Shown here in pieces: positions 33,681-38,682 of a stretch of 38,682 nt of DNA; positions within the stretch are counted from its first letter, which is position 1, and every line of letters begins with the position of its first letter. Below the pieces are notes generated by a model. It was not told the DNA's origin and ran no database searches. It worked only from the letters and a program-made list of their open reading frames with translations. The stretch comes from a virus. Taxonomy: Duplodnaviria; Caudoviricetes. The position numbers and the translations under genes were made by a program. The stretch spans positions 1 through 38,682 of the IMG/VR virus record IMGVR_UViG_3300037722_000992; one strand, 5' to 3'.

Positions 33681-34627
33681 ATGTCTCCTCCTTCGGTGTC
33701 GGCGGGCGGCGTGAGCTTCCGCATGGGCGTTAAAATATCGAGCGAGTAAACCCAACCGCCTGGGCGCGACATCAGATACTTCGTCGCCCACACCGCAACT
33801 ACGTGACAACCGGTAGTCTGGAATACGCAGAGGTATTCCGCATGTTCCTCCAGCTCGCTCTCCGCAATCGGCTGCTCCCGCTGGACGAGCTGCTGACAAA
33901 CCCACTCTGTCCGCTTCGCTCTGGCAGCGCACAGCGACTCGGCAATAAGCTGCCACTGCTCTTTTGTAGCGACGCCACTGCGCTCGATAGCTGCATAGAC
34001 GCTGGGCTTGATTCCAATGCGTTCCGCAAATTCTCGCATCCCGACATAGCAGGCAATTCTCCCCTGCTTGAGAACTTTACCAATTAGCGATTGCTCGTTT
34101 TCTTGGTATCCTGGGAAGCCTCGCTCACGCAATATACGGCCGACTTCCTTTTGTATTTCTGGTGCTATAGGCACGGACTCAGAATCCGGCTCCTCCAGCT
34201 GGGCAAGCCGGGCTTCGAGTTTTTCTTGGTGGTCAAGTTCTTCTTGGCGGGCAAGCGCGGACTTGAACTGCTCCTTGATGCCCCGCTCGTTGGCTAACTC
34301 GGCTTCGAGTTCCTCGGCACGCTCCCGCAGCCGCTCATGGGGCACGCACTCTTGGAGCTTCTTGCCGGTGTCTTCGTCAATCACGCAAGCGCAGCGCACG
34401 CCCGGCAACTCTCGGTCGTCGTCGGTCGTGACTTTGGTGAGGTCTTCGAGTTCCGCGATGCGGGCGGTCAGCTGCTCGATCAGGGTGGCGTAGGCTTCCT
34501 GCTCTTTAGCGAGGGAGTTCCAATAGGGCTCACGATGCAATTCGTCAATTAGTGCGCGGCTGCGCGACGCTGCCGCCTCAACTCGCAATTGCTTGGCGGC
34601 TTCTTCCGCTGTCATGTCAGTTGCCAT
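33677..34627 (-). CDS. Coiled-coil protein with XRE-like HTH
   Basis: Heptad repeats; IGKVLKQGRI...GMREFAERIGIKPSVYAAIER. Confidence 0.65.
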   Translation of the reverse strand: MATDMTAEEAAKQLRVEAAASRSRALIDELHREPYWNSLAKEQEAYATLIEQLTARIAELEDLTKVTTDDDRELPGVRCACVIDEDTGKKLQECVPHERLRERAEELEAELANERGIKEQFKSALARQEELDHQEKLEARLAQLEEPDSESVPIAPEIQKEVGRILRERGFPGYQENEQSLIGKVLKQGRIACYVGMREFAERIGIKPSVYAAIERSGVATKEQWQLIAESLCAARAKRTEWVCQQLVQREQPIAESELEEHAEYLCVFQTTGCHVVAVWATKYLMSRPGGWVYSLDILTPMRKLTPPADTEGGDI

Positions 34628-35132
34628 CGGTTTGCTCTCCCTCCCCGGCGTTGCCGGTGTTGAATAGTTCGGGGTGCGAGGCGCGGAAGGTGGAGATCTC
34701 CTCGCAAAGCTGGTCGGCCTTCTCAACTGACTCGACGCTTCCGCAAAGAGTGTCGAGCAGTTTCCGTGACCTCTCCGCAATCCCCGCCAGCTCGCGGAGT
34801 GTCATGCGAAGGTCGTGGATCGTCGTCGCGTTCGCATTGGCCCGGTGCGACTCCGAATCACAAAGCTCCTGCAACTCGTGGATGCACGCAACGCTGCACT
34901 GGTGCTCCGTCTCGGCGGGGAGCGGGAGGGACTCTTTGACGCCTACCAAAAGTGCGTTCAGCGAATCGGCCGTGACGAGAATGTCCCACGCTTTTCCGCT
35001 TGGCTGCATTCCCAACACCGCGTATCCATGGATTAGTCCTTCGATTGGCCGCGCAAGGTAAAAGTCGGTGTAGCCAGGCCACCGTTTCATCTCCTCAACA
35101 ATCTCGGCTTCGGCGCGTTCTGTGTCGGTCAT
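34617..35132 (-). CDS. Hypothetical protein
   Basis: AGGAG RBS, tight packing with neighbours. Confidence 0.65.
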   Translation of the reverse strand: MTDTERAEAEIVEEMKRWPGYTDFYLARPIEGLIHGYAVLGMQPSGKAWDILVTADSLNALLVGVKESLPLPAETEHQCSVACIHELQELCDSESHRANANATTIHDLRMTLRELAGIAERSRKLLDTLCGSVESVEKADQLCEEISTFRASHPELFNTGNAGEGEQTDGN

Positions 35133-35143
35133 AGGGATGACTC

Positions 35144-35290
35144 CTAATTTAATAACGTGACGGCGGCGAGTACGGACGTGAAGACGACCATCGCAAACCA
35201 CGCCCAGCCAGCGGCGCGTGAGTGCCGCATGTCACGGAACATATTTTCCGCCGCCATGATAGACAACAGCACCAGCACAACAGTATTCAC
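35144..35290 (-). CDS. Small membrane protein (48 aa, absent from ORF track)
   Basis: GTGA overlap; MNTVVLVLLSIMAA...WAWFAMVVFTSVLAAVTLLN. Confidence 0.55.
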   Translation of the reverse strand: MNTVVLVLLSIMAAENMFRDMRHSRAAGWAWFAMVVFTSVLAAVTLLN

Positions 35291-35625
35291 TCTCCACGCT
35301 CCTTGCTCCGGCGATAGGCGGCTCCACCGCTGCCTTGCGGGGTTGGCGGTCGAGGTCCAAGTTTCAAGAAACCGTCAGCGTCCACTTCCGGAGTGTTCTG
35401 CCCGCCTTTTGACATTGGGCCTTCCGTGAGAGGGCGCACGCCGAGTTCCCTTGGCGCCGTCCCTGCGGAGCGCGATTCCAGGCGTGACAAAACTTGTTTC
35501 ATTGCGGCGATTCGTTCGTCGATGGTCTTGCTGATAGTCCTGCGGTAGCCGGTTCTCCGGTCCACGAGCAGCATGAACTCAAATTCAACAACTTCGTGCA
35601 GTTCCGCGTCGGTCAGCTCAGACAT
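35287..35625 (-). CDS. Hypothetical protein (112 aa)
   Basis: AGGAG RBS, coupled to the downstream gene. Confidence 0.6.
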   Translation of the reverse strand: MSELTDAELHEVVEFEFMLLVDRRTGYRRTISKTIDERIAAMKQVLSRLESRSAGTAPRELGVRPLTEGPMSKGGQNTPEVDADGFLKLGPRPPTPQGSGGAAYRRSKERGE

Positions 35626-35748
35626 CGGTCGGCTCCTGGGGTGGTGGCTCTAAATCCCGTTCCTTCGCAGTCGTCGCAATCGGCGTACAATTTGATTTCG
35701 CAACAGCCGACTTCGACTTCGCCGCTCCCCTGACACGTGGCCGGGCGG

Positions 35749-35952
35749 TTAAGCTTGCATCTCTTTCCGAATCAATGCTGCCGTTTGTGCAATGTCGACG
35801 TTCGGACCGGGCCAGCCTTTTGTGTCTTCGGTCACTCGCCGCAGCCAATGCGCTACGGTCCACGCGACCCTCGATTCCACCGGATCGTTAGAGTGGCGGG
35901 AAATAGCCATCATCTCACGAGCCCAACGGTTTACTGTCGATCCTGCTTTCAT
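35749..35952 (-). CDS. Hypothetical protein (67 aa)
   Basis: GGAGGAGG upstream; tight packing. Confidence 0.55.
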   Translation of the reverse strand: MKAGSTVNRWAREMMAISRHSNDPVESRVAWTVAHWLRRVTEDTKGWPGPNVDIAQTAALIRKEMQA

Positions 35953-35955
35953 CCT

Positions 35956-36885
35956 TCAATCCTCCTCCCGCCCCGTGCGTGGCGCTTCGTGCTGGGCTGC
36001 TGGAAAACTCCTTACTCGCAAATCTTCCGGCCACTCTTCGGGGTCGCCACCCTTCTTGTCGCGGATGAAACCAAGAGTCCAATATCGCGCCGATCCGTCT
36101 TCGCGATATTGGCCGTCTCCCTCCTCGCCGAGAGGACAGTCCAATATCGGTCTCGACCCCAGCTGCTTGATAAAGCACGGCACGCCGGCCGCTTTGCACT
36201 GGTCGCGGATCGAGCGAATCCAATTGATGTCGCAGGGCCGCGCGTGCGGCCCGCTCTCGCCGCCGACGATGACGAGTTGCAGATAGTTGAGCGGTGTTAT
36301 CGTGTTTCCGCCTTCACCAACTAAGTCCAACCGCACTTCAGACAACAGCGGCTCTACACTGAGCCACCTCGGGCCGCCGCCGATTATGTCAAACAGAACC
36401 ATCGCTCGCTTCGCGGTCCCTTGGCTGGTAACGCTCACGCCAGGCCATACATTTTTAGGTAGCGGAAATTGGTGGGAGAACTGCCTTAACCGGGAAGCCC
36501 GCTTCGTCAGTATCATCCATTGATGTGGTGAGTTGGCGATTTCAGGCAGCATCGGTGCTAGCCAATCGAGCGGCAGCGATTCGGTGAACGTATCGCCCAT
36601 GTCATTCAAAAAAATAATACGAGGCAGCCCGTTGAGCCACGGCTTGTGCGGCCGCTCTTTGCCAGTGAGATCGGCCCATCGTGTCGCCGGAGCCAATCTC
36701 TCGGCAAACACGGCTGGCTTGTCGAACGACTCCGGCCATCCTTTGCGTCCGCCGTACCGTTCAGTCAGCGTTCCCGCGTAGCAATGATTAACGCCAGACT
36801 TCGGGTTCCACAATTCGCAACCATCGCAGCCCATTTGCAAGTTGAGCGTTGAGTCCGCCCACTCAATATCGGTCTGAATTCCCAT
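35956..36885 (-). CDS. DUF5131 / phage Gp37Gp68 family (radical-SAM-like)
   Basis: TDIEWAD.T.N...GCDGC...HCYA, IFLNDMGD, ILTKR, SVEPLL, VIVGGESG, FIKQLG. Confidence 0.9.
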   Translation of the reverse strand: MGIQTDIEWADSTLNLQMGCDGCELWNPKSGVNHCYAGTLTERYGGRKGWPESFDKPAVFAERLAPATRWADLTGKERPHKPWLNGLPRIIFLNDMGDTFTESLPLDWLAPMLPEIANSPHQWMILTKRASRLRQFSHQFPLPKNVWPGVSVTSQGTAKRAMVLFDIIGGGPRWLSVEPLLSEVRLDLVGEGGNTITPLNYLQLVIVGGESGPHARPCDINWIRSIRDQCKAAGVPCFIKQLGSRPILDCPLGEEGDGQYREDGSARYWTLGFIRDKKGGDPEEWPEDLRVRSFPAAQHEAPRTGREED

Positions 36886-36907
36886 GCTCTCCTCCTGCCG
36901 CGCGCGG

Positions 36908-37420
36908 CTAAACCAACGACCCTGCTACCAAACTCTGCTCCGACAACTCCGGGAACATCGCCAGCGCGTGATTGGTGTACTTACGGTCGCCAAACTTGTA
37001 GGTGTCGATCTGCATCGCTTCTTCGAGTTCCCCGTAACTCGGCTGCCGCGCATGCTCGGGGCAGCCTTCCTTGGTTTCCAAATCGTAAATCGCAGCGCGA
37101 ATCAGCAGGCAGCGGCGACAAATGCTGCCAGTCCACTGCTCACCGAACGTGCAGGTGTGCTCAGCCAACTCCGCCAGCGCCACCACGTGCTCCTCGTCCG
37201 TGTCGTAGTATTCGCGGTCCGCGACGATCGCTTCGTCCGAATCCGACCACTCGCCGCAAATTTGGCACTCCTCGAATTGCTGCTGCTCCACGCGCAGGCA
37301 CCACTCGCCGGCGGCAATTGTCTGATGGCAGTCGCAGCACTCTTGTGATTCCGCGGCGCGCTCGAATACTTCGGTGTGGACTTCCGCCGTCCATTCGCAA
37401 TCGTCGTCGTAAAAGCACAT
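36908..37420 (-). CDS. Cys-rich acidic hypothetical protein
   Basis: CCDC, CQIC and CRRC motifs; AGGAG RBS. Confidence 0.7.
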   Translation of the reverse strand: MCFYDDDCEWTAEVHTEVFERAAESQECCDCHQTIAAGEWCLRVEQQQFEECQICGEWSDSDEAIVADREYYDTDEEHVVALAELAEHTCTFGEQWTGSICRRCLLIRAAIYDLETKEGCPEHARQPSYGELEEAMQIDTYKFGDRKYTNHALAMFPELSEQSLVAGSLV

Positions 37421-37436
37421 GGATTTTCTCCTGCCG

Positions 37437-37886
37437 CTACCGGCGGCGAATTCTCGGCCAGCCCATGTCCCACCACTCGCAGCCATCGCTAAAATCAATC
37501 CGAGAATCAAATTCTCCGCCTGCTTCCTCGGTCCATCGCAGCCCGTAGGCTTTTGCCCACGGCCACTCGACAAACTCGTCTTCAATCGAATCGTACACGC
37601 GGTCGAGCCACTCCCCTGGCGGCATCGGATTCTGTTGGTCCCAATTCGAGATCGACCAGCCAGAATCAATCCGCACCACAAAGTAATTCGGTCGGAACCT
37701 AATTGGACTCAGGCCCAAAAGCAACCGGCCGTCGCCGAATAGGTCGGTGACCAGCCGCGGCACCACAAGATGCCGCGCTCCCCATAGGTGCGTTAGCGTC
37801 CTGCGCTCAATCAGCGCGCGGAGCTGGCGGGTGTTTTTCGGATTCATCGTAGGAGCATCTCGCCATTCGATTTTCACTCGTCCCAT
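37437..37886 (-). CDS. Hypothetical protein (149 aa)
   Basis: GGGAGG RBS; Trp-rich. Confidence 0.7.
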   Translation of the reverse strand: MGRVKIEWRDAPTMNPKNTRQLRALIERRTLTHLWGARHLVVPRLVTDLFGDGRLLLGLSPIRFRPNYFVVRIDSGWSISNWDQQNPMPPGEWLDRVYDSIEDEFVEWPWAKAYGLRWTEEAGGEFDSRIDFSDGCEWWDMGWPRIRRR

Positions 37887-37903
37887 CCCGCACCTCCCAG
37901 CCC

Positions 37904-38389
37904 CTACGTTGTATGTAACCAGCCCAATTCAATGGCTGTGGTCCGCAGCATTTTCACTATTGTCGGCGGCATGTTGAACCGCTCGGCGTTGACGAGCAGG
38001 CTGCGTTCGAGCGAGCCGTCGGCGTGACGCTCGCCCGCGGCCTTCCAATCCGCCAGCATCTCGATCAAGTCCAACAGGCTCATGTCGAGCACGCCGTTCT
38101 CGTGATACTCCGGATGGTGACCGTTGTTCTTTTGGTGGTGCTCGATGCCGGGGCGGATTGAATCCAGCGACGCCTTGTACTCCGGCGAGCCGTAAGTAAT
38201 CCCGCGGAGCCGCGAAGTCGCTACCGCAAAGTACGGCCACTCTTCCTCGGAAAACTTGCTCTCATCGTGAACCGTTGCCCGTGACCACAAATTCGCTGAC
38301 ACGCCACCGAGCAACTGTTGCACCCGTCGAATGTGCTTTGCGGTTTCTCGCATCGCTTCGTCACGATCGACTTCACTTTGTACCGCCAT
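37904..38389 (-). CDS. DUF5662-like HD-type protein
   Basis: HI...HDESK...HHQKNNGHHPEYH...DLIEMLADW; GGGAGG RBS. Confidence 0.8.
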   Translation of the reverse strand: MAVQSEVDRDEAMRETAKHIRRVQQLLGGVSANLWSRATVHDESKFSEEEWPYFAVATSRLRGITYGSPEYKASLDSIRPGIEHHQKNNGHHPEYHENGVLDMSLLDLIEMLADWKAAGERHADGSLERSLLVNAERFNMPPTIVKMLRTTAIELGWLHTT

Positions 38390-38424
38390 CAGTTTCCTCC
38401 CAGCCCCTACCGGGGCGACCTCGA

Positions 38425-38682
38425 TCAATACTCGTCGTCGTGATAATCCAGTACCGGCTGCACCGATGGTGAGTAAATCTCTACCGGCCGCTCCCGATAC
38501 TGACGCGCGAGTTGCATCGCCACCGTTTCGCTACAGGGCGTGATCGCGTAGATGCTCGCCGTGCCGATGAGCTTCGTGAATGCCATACGGTCATCGACTT
38601 GCGGTACGTCGATGCGGACGAATCCACAGCCGGCGATAACTTGCTCAGTCACCTTGCCGGCGAATCGGCGATGCCCCATGAC
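38425..38682 (-). CDS. Hypothetical phage protein (5'-truncated by window)
   Basis: MGHRRFAGKVTEQ...FVRIDVP...SIYAITP; ORF runs to the window edge. Confidence 0.7.
   Translation of the reverse strand, partial: VMGHRRFAGKVTEQVIAGCGFVRIDVPQVDDRMAFTKLIGTASIYAITPCSETVAMQLARQYRERPVEIYSPSVQPVLDYHDDEY

Larger units (their letters stand above)
1..38682. mobile_element. Temperate siphovirus prophage (left end present, right end beyond window)
   Basis: att-like tRNA fragment and tyrosine integrase at the left end; complete ordered head-tail module (TerS, TerL, portal, protease, capsid, tail tube, chaperone, tape measure). Confidence 0.95.

Overview
The window is most of a temperate, HK97/lambda-like siphovirus prophage; a Planctomycetota host is my inference from gene content, not something shown directly. 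It begins at an attachment site, a 19-nt 3' fragment of a tRNA on the minus strand (1-19). On the + strand follow a tyrosine integrase, a consensus sigma70 promoter with an overlapping operator, a small ORF, a structured RNA candidate, an excisionase-like HTH gene and two accessory genes. From about 3.2 kb to the end almost everything is on the minus strand. In transcription order (right to left): (i) middle/accessory genes (DUF5662-, DUF5131- and DUF3310-like); (ii) a promoter-terminator pair followed by a degenerate tRNA-Met(CAT); (iii) where lysis genes normally sit, an unusual envelope cassette with an alpha/beta hydrolase, two tiny membrane peptides, two CAP/SCP-domain paralogs and several membrane proteins, but no recognisable endolysin; (iv) a free-standing HNH endonuclease; (v) beta-helix, LamG and Gly-Ala-repeat fibre-like genes upstream of the terminase; (vi) HNH-TerS-TerL-portal-ClpP, an Ogr-like zinc finger and the major capsid gene; (vii) head-tail joining genes, tail tube, a -1 frameshift tail chaperone, a 658-aa tape measure and tail tip genes. 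Repressor, replication genes and the second att site are not in the window. All family names are motif recognition by eye; no searches were run.
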